A stretch of DNA of 64,000 nt. Source: Bugula neritina (taxonomy: Eukaryota; Animalia; Bryozoa). This document shows, in pieces, positions 9,682-33,700 of the stretch (position 1 is its first letter; each line of letters starts with the position of its first letter). Below the pieces are notes generated by a model that was given only the letters and a program-made list of their open reading frames with translations, did not search any database and was not told the origin of the DNA. A program made the position numbers and the translations under genes. The stretch is taken from the NCBI GenBank assembly GCA_964035545.1, contig OZ037771.1, positions 5,737,190 to 5,801,189 of the forward strand, read 5' to 3'.

Positions 9682-12600
9682 CTGATATCATCATACCACC
9701 AACTCATCCAGTAATCAATGTATTGCAATATGTTTTTTGGTATATTTTTAAATTTTCTGCTATAAAACAATATAACTTGTTGTTGTTTGCAATGCTGCAT
9801 CAAGTAATATAAAATATTACTATGCACTATTGGTTTTGTTTACTTGTAAAATTTTATATGATGAATGAATAATGTGCATTGGTATATTCAAAGTTTGAAT
9901 TGCTCTTGCTGTTTTGCTTTTAATCTATCAAAAATTAGAGTTTTTGCTATTTTCTTTGAAATAGTATTATTGAATCTGAATGAGTCTAGAAAAAACAGTT
10001 AAAGTATATTAATTAGCGGTCAAAATATTAAGAACACAAAGAAATTGGTATACATTTTGAAGTATTTCACACTATTCTCTTAGTATCTCAGACACCACCA
10101 GAGTTCTCAGTTTTAAAGTGCACACAGTAAACAGTGAAACGCTCTTTTTTTAAGTTTTATTTTTATTTCTTTCTATACCTTTAAGCGTTGTCATAGCAAA
10201 GTTCATTAGAAAGGTATGTACTCTAGAATAAAATTAGTTTTATCTGTGAATATTGTAATTATAATGGCAATAATTATTAAACAATCTCTCATGGAAAATA
10301 ACTTATCAGCCTAATTGAAAATAATTTGTTAAAATTATTAAGTTGAAACTTGTAAAAAACACATATTAATTAGAAAAAGTTAAGCAATAAGTAAGCGAAA
10401 CATTGTAGAAGTTACTTAAAAAAAACAATTCCACTGCGATAATTGTGAAATTTGGTTTTGTCAGACTAAGTTGAAGAAAAAAGACATGCATGCATGTAGT
10501 GTAATAAGTTATTTTAAAATCAGTCTTAGATAGAGACATATAATTTGGTTGTCAACAAATTTCACTCCAGCAGTGTAAATAATATGTATTTAAATCTAAA
10601 AGCAGTAATTAGTTTTCTGTAACATAAGTTGCTTGGAAGGAACAAATGAATATCTATTAATATTTCGTAATCATAGGTTTTGCCATGGGGCTAAGGGTGC
10701 TCTGCTATACACCCTGTTTTTGTTATAACAAGGTATGTATACATGTATATGTAAGCTTGCTAAGTTTGTTGGCAGTTTATATCAAACTTAAATCCATATT
10801 GAGGAACATACAATTGTAGTAATGCAGAATACAGCATTAGTTTAGGCTTATCATACTTTATCTAATAAACCACAAATATCAGCTACAATAACTGTTATTA
10901 CCTGCTGTGCATACATACAGTAATATATTATATAATATTGGCATATTATATGCTTGTATTCAGATATTCATGTAACAGCTTTTGCTCCTGGATAATAACC
11001 ATCTACACTTTTGGGCCGCCTATAGTTGCCTTTATACCTTCACGATTTTCGGTCAAAAATTCAATTTGGCCGGGTTGAAATTTCTCTGAGTTGCATTGCA
11101 TTGTAAAAGCCACTCGTTGAAATTTTATAAATTTTATAAAGGGGTACCTGGACAAGCGTTATTAACTTAAACTCGGTACTTTTTTTAGCAGAGGTATAAA
11201 CGCAACTTATAAGAAAAAAATAAAATCACATTCACATGAAGCTTAAAGCCTGAAAGTATTACAAAACTGTTTTGGACTGTACTTTTTGTGGTTGAAACTC
11301 TTTGTAAAGTGGTTTTTAAAGCTTTTTTTAAATGAATTAGGAGATACTTTTATCACTTACATATTGTATTTAGTGTATACATGTACGAAGTTTATACTTC
11401 ACATCCTGCAGTTGAGTAAATAACTATGCTAGAGAGGCACACGGGTTGTATGTCATCTTTATTTTTCTTATAATTATAACAGACCAACCTTTCTGATACG
11501 TTATAACCAACCGTGAAACTTATAAAGCAATTTTAGTTATAATAATTATAACAAATGATCAACTTATAGCAATACAAAACATTAACAAATTAAACAATAT
11601 CATTACTCATTGAAACTACAACACTATAAATTATCAACAAAAAAAACAAAACTTGAATATATATTAACATAATGGAATACAAAATAGCTCCATTGTGGTT
11701 CTGTTCCTACTTCCTAGTAAGATACTGATTACTAATTTTCATCTATTTGCTTGCTGTAAATGACTATAAATAGCTATAATAGCTAACAGTAACTATAAGC
11801 TATACAGCTGAGTCTAGCTAGGTTTTAAATTGAGTTAGAAATAAAAACCAGTGTGGTCCCAAGCCCAGTCTAACTCAAGAAAAAACTTTACAATGTGTAT
11901 ATCTATATATTGTTTGTATATATTATATATAGACATGTATGCATATATATGACTGTAAATGTGAACTCAATGACTTAGTATAAAAGTAAATGCGCTTTGA
12001 CCTGTAACTATCTCTTTGGTTGCGAAATAAAGTTGAAGTTAAAGGAGTTGCCTTCTTTTCAAAGTGCAATAGATTGGTTAGAAAAAAAGCAAAAGAAATA
12101 AAATCTAACTGCATCAATTTTCAAAAGAGAATCTTCAACCAGCTAGCAATTAGATAAATAGTATTATGCTAACAAGTTCACTTGTTAAGCATTCTAATTC
12201 AGCTATTTGTCTATTTTTTAAATTTGTGAAAAGCGCAACTGGTATTAATTGTTGCTATTCCACATAATTGTTAATGCTAAAAATTAGGATATACTTTTAA
12301 AATATGTGGGCAAATTATATCAGAGTTTTTAATTTATTTAATTTTTAGTCAGTCCATGTAAATTTGCTTCTCAATTATAGAGAGCTGCTATTAGTAATCG
12401 CCTGCTCTTGCATGGTGCAGCTTATATAGATTAATATCTTTCTCATGCCAATGCATAGAAACTGCAGTTTTCCATGTAGTTTGAACATCAACATGTTATT
12501 TGTACTCTGTTAAATGCAGCTAAATTATATGGTAGATGTCTTTATTATTATACTTGGTACTGTGCATCAGTGGAAGTGGAATTATTATAAAGGTTTTTTA

Positions 12601-12790
12601 AACTAATTAACACCAGTATCAAATTCTGACCATCCATTTTTGTTGTTTTTGTCTCTACCCCTATCAGAACCCCTGATGGGGAATTAAATTAAAGAATCAC
12701 AGCGTCTTTGTTATTTTTGTTTTAAAATGAACTATTGTCAGATATAATATAAGGTTGCATTGTTTCTCAATCAAAATAAATGGCACTCAC

Positions 12791-12923
12791 CACTAGTTGG
12801 AACAGTTGCTGATGTGTAGCTGCCATTGGAACACAAGCCATTTCCATCTGTAGCTGCTATCAAACTTGTGATGATGTAACAGATTGCAATGCAAACAACA
12901 TTTTGTTTCACAGAAAAATCCAT
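12791..12923 (-). pseudogene. Orphan duplicate of the minus-strand PLB1-like signal-peptide exon
   Basis: 133-nt copy of 579-711 with ATG and GTGAGT donor retained. Homology ends ~90 bp downstream, and no GDSL exon was found on the minus strand in 9700-12780. Confidence 0.6.
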
Positions 12924-12977
12924 CGGTAGGATCTTGGGGAAATTTCTTCTTATCTCAATATTTAGTGATGATAGATT

Positions 12978-13380
12978 GTGCCAGGGAGATAATCCTGGCT
13001 GTTTGCCAAAATTTCACTGGAACTATACTGTTAGCTTTTGCAGTTTGTTCAGCTAATTTTTGGTTGTTTGTTATTTGTTTTTTGGCTGATACATAAAACT
13101 CTTTAGTTTGTATTATGATTGTTACTATAATTACTATGACGGTTACTATAGTTACACTTGCCAGAAAAAGGTTCAAAGAAGCTGATATTTGTAAGTGATG
13201 CTATAATTTTGAAATCTTTGTCTATATTGAACATTTGCAAGTTACTTATGTATATGTCTTTTTACAACATGCAACTACTTACTTATATAAAGTACAATTC
13301 AAAAACAGACCAATAAATTCAGAGATTACGGATATTGTTTTATACTTTCTGCTATTCAATCCACTAAACATTCCTGGCAC
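12978..13380. mobile_element. MITE, uninterrupted copy of the 2818-5799 family in opposite orientation
   Basis: TIR GTGCCAGG...CCTGGCAC; ATAGATT repeated on both flanks (2-nt offset on the right); empty site in unit 1 near 770. Confidence 0.75.
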
Positions 13381-14105
13381 ATATAGATTATTGAGATTTT
13401 GCTACATGTCACCCTCAATATTAGCATTAGATGCTCTATACCTCATACCCTGCTATACCATCATTTTAGAAGGTCATGTTTCTTAGCTATGATTGGCTAA
13501 TTGACATTTCAACTGTACAAATATCTCTATGCAGATGAGAGCTGTAGTTAATCTATCAGCAGTCTAGTGTACTAATGTATATCATCAAGTTTCTAGAATG
13601 TTGCAATTACCCTCCAGGTAGTCTTGCATGGCTGTGACTTTTCTATAGCAAACCCACCTTTCTTCTAATACAGAAAGAAGGAGTTACTGTAATTATTAAA
13701 CCCCTGGTGTTCATATTATATAACAGCATCATAGTCTTTGTCTCTTGTAACAGAATTGAATCAGGCAAATATAATTGACAACTTATATTCTAAGGGTAAG
13801 GTTTGCTATTGTTAATTTTTATTTTATTATTCAAGTATTAAAATCATTTTCTTTCAAGTTTATATTAAATTGTATAAATTTGATTAAAATTGCTTGCTAT
13901 AAAACATATAGTACTGTTCATGTATTTTTAGCTTGGTCCCCACAAAAATGAAATTGAATTTTGTAGCCATGGCGTTATTTTGCATTTAGCATCTCCAATC
14001 TTAATTGTTAGCACTGATTATTGTTAATAGCTTTTTGATATTTCAACATTAGAGAGCTAATTATTTAACAGATTTTCTGTTTTCATTAGATTATTCATAT
14101 TGCAG

Positions 14106-19808
<5,703 letters not shown>

Positions 19809-20141
19809 CTGCCATCATCATACCAACAACTCTTCCATTAATCAATGTATTGCAATATGCTTTCTGGTATTTTCATTTTCTGCTATGATTAAAATATGAC
19901 TTTTTTTGTTTGCAATACTGCAGCAAGTATTATAGAGTATTATTATGCACTATTAGTTTTGTTTACTTGTAAACTTTGATATGATGAATAAATAATGTGC
20001 ATTGGTATGTTCAAAATTTGAATTGCTCTTACTGTTTGGCTTTTAATATATCAAGAAAAAATTAAAGTTTTTGCTATTTCTTTTAAAATATTATAATCAT
20101 TGTGGAATCTGAATGAGTCTAGCAAAAACAGTTAAAGTATA

Positions 20142-20567
20142 TGGGTCATTTTACTTAATTTAGTACACACTGGATATCTTCAATTTTTAACTATTTTTCC
20201 CAATTTAACTGCTAATGGACATGGGTTTTTTGGCCAAAACTAGTAAAACACCAATAAATACGCCTAATTAATCAAAGTTCTTTTTAATTTTGCTTCATTT
20301 CTCATGTTTTTTTCTAATTATTTAGCTACTTTTGGTTGCGGAAAGTTACGGTTTTTTCGTAACGGTCCGAACTCCTATAATAAGCTAAATATATAAGAAA
20401 AAACATGGGAAATCAAGCAAAATTAAGAAGAACCCTAACTGTTTCGGTGTATTAATTGGTGCTTTACTAGTTTCGAGCAAAAAGCCATGTTCATTACCAG
20501 CTAAATTGTGAAAAATAGCTAAAAACTGAAGATATCCAGTGTGTACTAAATTAAGTAAAATGATCCA
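20142..20567. mobile_element. Hairpin MITE (~426 bp) with long terminal inverted repeats
   Basis: TGGGTCATTTTACTTAATTTAGTACACACTGGATATCTTCA and its reverse complement at the other end; imperfect arms extend most of the length. Empty site in unit 1 at ~10001-10017 (AAAGTATATTAATTAG). TSD is TA or ATAT depending on the boundary chosen. Confidence 0.9.
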
Positions 20568-23500
20568 TATTAATTAGTGGTCAAAGTATTAAGAACACAA
20601 AGAAATTGGTGCATCTTAAAGTATTTCACACTATTCTCTTAGTATCTCAGATACCACCAGAGCTTTCAGTTTTAAAGTGCACACAGTGAAACACTCTTAT
20701 GATTTAAGTTTTACGTTTTATGCCATTCTAAAATTTTAAGCGTTTTCATAATCAAAATATGAAAAAAAAAAATAATTGGCATATCCTAAAGCATTTTACA
20801 ATGTTCTTATAGTACCTCGCAGATAGCATCCCAAGTTCTCAGTTTTATAGTGCACGTAAACAGTGAAACACTATTTTGATTTAATAATTACTTTTTCTTT
20901 CATTCTATATAGTTTTAGGTATTTTCATAGCACAATTTATTAGAAAAAAAAGGTAAGGACTATGAAATTTAACTTATTTCTAACTCTAAGATTGTAAACT
21001 TAAACATGAATTTAATCACTTTTGTGTTATGCTTGCACACGCATGATAAATAAAATTTATCTGTAAATATTGTAGTTATGGTCACACTTGTAGAAAAAGT
21101 ATTTGTTAATCAGAAAAGTCAAACAAAATGTCAGTGAAGCATTGAAAATGTTAATTGAGAAAAAAATTTCACTGGCAATAATAACTTGTGAAATTTGGTT
21201 TTTTGTTAAACTATGTTGAAGAAAAAAGACATGCCTGCACATAGTGTAATATGTTATCTTAAAATCGCTTTTAGATGAGACTAGCTTAAATGGAGACATA
21301 CAATTTAGTTTTCAACAAGTTTTACTCCAGCAGGGTAAATAATATGTATTTAAGTCTAAAAGCAGTAATTGTCTTTCTGTAACTTACATAAGTTGCTCTG
21401 AAGAATTATAACATTCTAATATCATAGGTTTTGCTATGAGCTAAGGGTGCTCTGCTACTCTGTTGTTATTGTTAGAGGAAGCTATGTGTAAACCTATTCC
21501 GTATATATGTTGTTTATAACTTAACTCTATACTGAACACCATATAATGCACCCCACCAATGCTGCAAAATACAGCATTAGTTGGGGTGCATTATGCTATA
21601 TCTAACAAACTTAGACTATTAGCTATAACTTTTATTACCTGCTGAGCATGTTTACAATAATATAATAGGCTATAGTATTAGCATATTATATGTTTGTATT
21701 CAGATATTTCTCGTAACAGTTTTAGTTCTGGCATAACAATTATTAGGGCAAAGTATAAAAAATGAAATATGAAGTAAGATTGTATTTACATCAAGCCTAG
21801 AAATTGTATTTATAAATACAATCAAAATTGTTTCTGGCTTAAAGTGATTTTCAAAGTTTCTTTCAAAACATTAGGAGATACATTTATAGCTCACAAATTA
21901 CGTAGTAAATATTCACCATCACAGCAGAAAAGTGTATCAAAAAGCAAAGTTCCAATTTCTGAAATGTGTTGAAAACTGGCAGCAAAAAACTTGTCATTTA
22001 GACGGTAAAAGTAAAAAAATTTCATAATTTTATCTATTGGCAAATCATTTACATGTATGTGATAAAAAATATAGCAAATAAATACATAGCAGCCATGTGA
22101 ATATCTAAAAAAGAAGCAATATAAACTGAACTGAAAAAATTTGCTTTTCTTTGTGCATATGCTATGATAATTGCTGAAAAAAAGCAATAAATCAAGCAGA
22201 GTTTGTACCAGTTCAATTGTAGTATGAAAAAAGTTGTGTTTTTGAAATAACAACTATTTAGCAATGTAAGCTATATCTTAACTCATTCTTTTAACGTTCT
22301 GAAAAACTATCTTGCCAAGTGTTTAGCCAAGGTTCAACTTCCTTTTGACAAAATCCTAATTGATGAGATAAGATCGTTTAATGTATAAAATATAAACAAA
22401 TCTAGCACCACACATGCACTACGTGAGAGGAGACAATTACCTATTGCATTTCAATTTTTTCATAATGAGAACTAGCAAGCACTAGTACTCTATTGCACTA
22501 TAGTTACTTAAATGTGCACTATTTACCATGCAATAAATTACGCCTACGATTTGTTTAACATCCTTACATTTTGGCAACTTGATTACTCCTGATTTAGTTT
22601 TTCTTTATTTTTGTTAATCTATTATATTGTTTAGCTAAATGAATATTTGATTTTTAAATGATCAACAAAATTAAACAGATCAGCATTAATTGACTTACGG
22701 CTACTGTATTTACAAATCCCCTTTGAGAAAATAATGAATGGCGAACATGCTGCTTTACGCAACACATGCAGAGTATCAACTCTATATTATATACAGTATA
22801 CGACTGTGTTTTTTCTGCTATAACAATTAAATTTAGAATCGCTTACTCTATAAATCAGTGCTGCAAGGGCACACGCCTTAGCACTATCATGTCAGTCTTT
22901 TTGTTTCCATGTCGTTGTGCTATTGTTTCCAAATATCAAGCAATAGTTTGCTTTTCTATTTTTAATACTGCGTATAAAACTACAATTGTCAAAAATAATT
23001 TAAAAATTGATTGATTTAATTAGATGATGATAATTGTCAAATATAGTATGTGGTAATGTTATTACTAGGTATGTACACAGTGTGTTACTTTGTAAATACT
23101 ATACTTATTTTGTTTTTTGTTTATCGTCAAGATAGGTGGATCCACCCATTTAATGAACAGTGTTACTGACAGATCTGAAATTGAATGACAATAATTTTGC
23201 ACTGCATTTGACTAGAAAAGTTTACCAAATTATTATTGTTATTTTTAGTTATAATAATATATCGTGGTAAATGTATGCCTACATCATTATTATATTAAAC
23301 AAGTGCTCATTCCTTCATCACTTGTAAGAAAACTGTATCTGTATAGTCATCTAGCAATAAAGAGTTGCATTGTGTCATCACGTGAAGCAACCATTTCAAC
23401 TGCTGCCGGTGAGTTGTTTCATTGTTTATTAAATTTGATATGCTATATGCGTGCATTTATCTGTTATAGTTAGTCAGTATTGATAAATTGATATATAATA

Positions 23501-23743
23501 ATTCTATAGAAATTTAAATAGTGTTTCATTAGTAATAATTTATGAGTAGATTTTTATTTTTTTTCTAATTTTTTAGTGATAATAAAATTGTGATTGCACA
23601 TATTTTGGCAGATAAATTTTTATTCTAAATTCAAGCTTCAAACCTGATTAAAAACAAAAATTTTTAGGTTTCAATAAAAGAATGTTCCTACATCTCAAAT
23701 GTCTGCAGTCTTTTACAGTTATATCTACTATACATCACAGACC

Positions 23744-28273
<4,530 letters not shown>

Positions 28274-30782
28274 AAATTAATTATCAGCAAAAGACTAAAA
28301 AATATTGACTGAATAAGTTATTTAACTCTTTGTGTTTTGTGTTGGAATTATAGTAAATCATTAGCTATTGTTTTTTACTTATTTTACAATCAATTACAAT
28401 GCGGTGAAGCACAAAATTATGGATAATGGTTTTTGCTAGGCAACGTAATCATTGTTAAAAAATTTTGTTTTCTTGTTCTGAGTTTATATTATAACAAAAT
28501 GAATGTTTTCAGTAAGTTTAACATTGCCTAATGATATGTTCAGTTTGTGCTTGTATACTCTAATCAACAACATAATAAAATAAATTAAAATTTTGGATTT
28601 TGCTTCTATAACTAACTTTGGTTGCAGCTAGTTTATATGCTGCATAAAAATATAACGCTGCAGTGTGAATTGTTTGTCTATGGTTCTATTGGTCTAAAAC
28701 AGCTCAAGTGACGCCAGGAAACTCTTGGTACAGTATATAATATATTAAACAACTCAAACAGCATTGATGCTTTTTTTAATTCTTTGAGTGCTTTTTAGCC
28801 AATGATATTCTATGACATTATAGGAACAAGTAATATGAAAAATGAGGTGGTATAATGCTATTCTAGAGTGACAAGTTATTATAATGTAGTGACAAGAGGA
28901 GGCTTGTAGTATGAGGGAGTAGCAAAATCAACAAAAAAAGACTATTCTAAAATACAAGAATAAATTACAAATGACAAAAGTTTAAAAGAAAAAAAGTGAA
29001 AACTTCAAATCAAGGCTACCTCAAATCTTTGCAAAACTTTGCTATATTTTAAAAAGTTAAATTAGTGAAATGAAAGCAAACAAAAATTTTGTAAGTCGTA
29101 CACAAAAGAATACCAAGTGATTGTTCATTTTGCTTCAAGATGGAATACAGTAATTACATTTGACTTATAATATGGCTGCATTTAGGTGAACAGAAAACTA
29201 ATATATAATTATATATTTTCTACACACAAGGGCTTTGAAACAATTTATTTATATCTACTGCCAAGCTTTAATAAGATTAAAATTCTAAAATATAATCCTC
29301 TATTGCAATCAAATACACAATTATCGTTAAAACAAGAACCGTCATCATATCACAATATTCACGTACAGTTGTGCAACCTAACACTCTGCATGGGCAGCTA
29401 ATTTCATGATATCTTCATTTAGTCATCAACAAGCAATTATTTTTAGTTTGAGCTTGACTTCCATAGTTACAATAATCTCTCGACAATCAATCAATAATTT
29501 GTTGCCTGAAACTTCTCCTAGCAACTACCATCCAACTGCAGGATGACTATAAAAACTGAGTTAAACTCGTGAATGCAGATTAAAAGATTATTGAAATCCT
29601 GAAATAAGCTTTCTTGTTAGACTCTTGATTATTTTATAATAATATTCTAAAATAACAATTACGTAATCAGTTAACAGATGTATTATCTTTTATTTATATA
29701 TGCATAACCTTTTAATTTAAATCGATATTCTGCAGTAAATAATAAAAGTTGAAGTAAGAAGTATCAAAGTTTGTCACAAAGTCAAACGCAATATTATTAT
29801 AAAACGGTTAAGAAAAACTATATTAGTTACGCAGTTTGTTTCTAAAAGATAATGTTAAGCTTTGCAGAACCATAGTTTACCTAATGCTAGTGAATACCAT
29901 GTTTACAAGCTTCGGTTGTAATGCCATAACAATTATAATGTCGTAATGTAAATTTGAGGTTGAACATTCCATTGCTAGAGATTACAGATTTGTCAATGAG
30001 CTCAGCAGGGTAATCTCTCCATGCTAATTTATGTTGCATGTTATTGGTGTGTTGCTATCTTATATCCTTCAATTAGCTGAAAATACTAGGTAGGTGCAGT
30101 CTGATAAACACCATGTGATGGTGATGCTCATGACTAGCCTTAAAGTTGTCCTCAATTACCATCTTCATCAAGCTAGTTGCTTCACTGAAAGACTAAGGGT
30201 AAAGTATTACAACAGCAACTAAACTTATTTTACTACTAGCGATGAATTCAAGTAAAACTTTTATATATACAATAATATTATTATGCGAATGTATAGTAGT
30301 AGTTCATGATCATATCAAACTGTAAACTTTAAGCTATCCTTGTATGTTATATTATTTAATGATATTTTCTTTGCTAAAATTTTGCTTTAGCCTGTAAACG
30401 ATTAAATGTCTGAGACATCGTGGTAGTTTAATATAAAACATTCTCATATACTTGGTGACTTTACAGCAGACAAATATATTTTGATTGGTTTATAAAACAG
30501 GCTAGCGGCAACATGCTGCATATTATTAAAAATTCATATTATAGCAAACAAATATTCTAATATTTATCATCATATATATTTTCTTTTACTTTATTGTTTC
30601 AATTTCAATTAGATACCTAAGAATGCATGCTGGAATATATTTTATTAGAGTATTTATTACATAAATCAATTATCTACTATTATAAATATGTAATATTCTA
30701 CATAAAAGCATATGCATATGCGAGTTCCTGCATTTTTGTAGGGTCTGAATTTCTGATTACTCATTATTTTTCAGTTTTAGAA

Positions 30783-33700
30783 ATGGAAATGCTAAAAATC
30801 AGAGTTGCATCTGTGTCTGTGCTCTTGTGGTTTCTTGTGAGTTTTGTCATGTTAACAGAGAGTGCAAATATTTTGTGTCCAGATAAAAACTACACATCTC
30901 CTTCTGTCCCCACCAGTGGTAAGTGTAGTGCTAATCAAATGAATGTATGAGTATATCAATAGTTACTGCATCATCAAATGTAAAGTCATGTTGAAGAATT
31001 GTAGCTTTCAACTTGAGTGGATACTTTAGTGGGAACAAAATGTTATAGTTTAACATTACTGTTTGTATTTTATTAGGCTATGCTTTCTTGCCTTATATAC
31101 AATATAGGTTTAAAATACATAAAACTGATCAGTTGCTAAAACAAGCTTTTACACATGCTGTTCAGGATATGGTGGGTGTTAACCAGAGTAAAGAATAACC
31201 AGTTGAGATATTTAGATTTTGCACAAACTAAAATACTATAAAATGTTTAAAAATCAGATTATGTTTCAGACTTTAGCCATATAACTTATTTGTTGTTCAG
31301 AACATGTAACATTTTTGGGCATTTCACGATAATTGGAAAAAACTGCTCAAATTTTATTTTATGCTAGCTTTTCTATAATATATCTAAATTTAAAAAACAT
31401 GACTCTATTTTGAAAGCAAGCTCTACTTTACAATTTATATTGGGTTTTGTTGAATACTGCTATTTAATTTTGTGTGTATTATGAGTAGCAATAATAGCAT
31501 TTAAAGAGCCTAAAATTTTACAATATCATTGGCCTACAAGCATTACCTTTTTATTCTTTAGTTTTTCTACATATTTACTGTGCAAATTTTGCACGGTCTT
31601 ATAATTATAACTTGATCTGCATGTTTTAGTTCATCGCTTGAGAGTTGGAGATATAAAGGTAGTGGCGGGTATAGGTGACTCCCTCACTGTTGGTAGTGGA
31701 GCTGAAGCTATTGAATTACTTGACTTAGCAAAACAATATAGAGGCCGGTCTTTTAGGTAGAGCTGTGCTATTTTTAGACCGCAAATTTGTTTCAATGATA
31801 GTAACATTTACTTGCATGTCTCTCATTTACAAGAGCATAAAACTCCCTTTTAATTTTTACAGCGTCGGAGGGGACTTTTCATATGAACAAAACTATACAA
31901 CATTCCCTAGTAAGTATAGCGTGGTGATTTATATGAAACTCTACCAGGTAAACCTATACTATAGGCAGTATTAAGTTTATACTTGTTTACGCTCTATACT
32001 TAGAATATTACATGAGTGAAAGCTATAAGTAGAAGATCAAATTTATTCTTTACTTTTAAAACCTAAGCCAAGTTTGAATGGCTGTTTATATCCTGCTAAG
32101 TAATTTAGCAAATGGCTTCAATTTTATTTAACTTGACTCTTGTTTAGGTCAAAATTTTCAAGTTTAGTTTGACAGTAACACTTCAGCCTCTATTGTGTTT
32201 AATTTCTTCTTCTATTCAGTTTATAGTGCAAAATCTTTTCAGCACTTCGCATTCTGTTCCCAAAAACATGCCTGACTGGCTACATAGCTGAATTCTTATT
32301 TTTTACCAGCTCATCTTTGACATTTCGGTTTGACATCTACACTACTTTGTATATGTTATTTGTAATTATAGTGCTTAAAGTGTCATACTATTTATAGCCT
32401 TTTGCCTTTGCTTCTTGTTTCTGCATAATAATTGGCAAATATTCCATTTTTGTTCAAATTCTTTTATAGAGATAGCTTCCGTGAGAGATGCATAAGTTTA
32501 AGAAATATTTATCTAACATTCTAATCTTGTCAGGCTTTTTTACTTGATATGTATTTCCTAGTAATTTTGCATACAGATCTCTGCTTCATACAGCATTACC
32601 ATGTGTTATTATACTCTGACGGCATGTAGAAATTCAAATGCACGCACTTGGCGCTAGTTCTGTAATAATATTTTGGCGGAATGTTTCAACTGGCTATGTT
32701 TGCTACTATTTATCAGAAGCTATTTTAGAACAAACGGCTTTGTCTCTATCAAACTATTTCTATAAAAGGCAGATGAATTTTATAATTTTATTAAACTCAA
32801 AGTAAAATTACATTGCATTTGTTTATATAATATATGCAAGAAGTTGCCAGTACCCTAAAACAGCAATAGAGAGCAATTCCGTTGTAAATTAATATTATTA
32901 ATTTATAAATCCTAAAGATTTAATATTTATCACATCGTGCTATTATAATTTTCTCTTCCAACATTGTATAATATACCTTTACATTGAGCAAAAACTTTAT
33001 CCTTATCCAAAATTGTAATTTTGAAACATTTTAACGGTGTATAAAGAGGAGACAGAAAATATTGTTTGGCGAATTAGGTACTTTGCGGCATAGTATATAG
33101 CCTTAGTTTTTCTTCACACAGATATCCTGAGGCTATTTAATCCAAATCTTTATGGATATTCTACTGGCATAGGAGACGAGAAGACAGCAAATGCTAAGTT
33201 CAATGGGGCTCTAATGAATGGCCTCTCAAGGTAAATATTGGTTCTTAGACTAATAAAAGCTCTTAAACAACAAAGTTATATCAATGAAACTTTTTACCAC
33301 TTTAGTAGCTGATCTTAAAGCAGTAAAAGATGAATAACTTGGACATGCAGACAGTGACATCTGTACAAGCATCCAATACAAATTCATTCGATGTATGGGG
33401 GGGGGGGTGGTGGGTGACCTAGTAATTGAAATGAAATAGGCTAAATATCATGTTCCAGTATTTCAACTTGTTTTTATAGAACACTTTTTGGTCAAGCTAA
33501 AAATCTAGTAGAGAAAATGAAAATAGATTCCGCTGTTGACTTTGAGAATGATTGGAAGATATTGACCATAACAGTTGGATCAGCTAATCTTTGTGGCTCT
33601 TGCAAAGACATAGTATGTATATTTCATTTTCCGCAATCTTGATTTCTAGTTATTATTTTAGATTGCATACATTCAGTAAATGTGTAAGAACCACTGCATA

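Larger units (their letters stand above)
490..11360 (+). repeat. Segmental tandem duplication, unit 1 (paired with ~12700-21895)
   Basis: Colinear similarity of exons, introns and flanks (e.g. 515-760 vs 12726-12960; 10860-11000 vs 21600-21740). Boundaries approximate. Confidence 0.85.

Noticed and set aside
20590-20940. Local ~170-bp degenerate tandem duplication (also a ~41-bp duplication near 50877-50950)
   Set aside because: Ordinary non-coding duplications with no functional signal.
23377-23386. CLEAR/E-box (TCACGTGA) near a possible 5' UTR exon of copy 3
   Set aside because: Single short motif, expected by chance; no TSS evidence.
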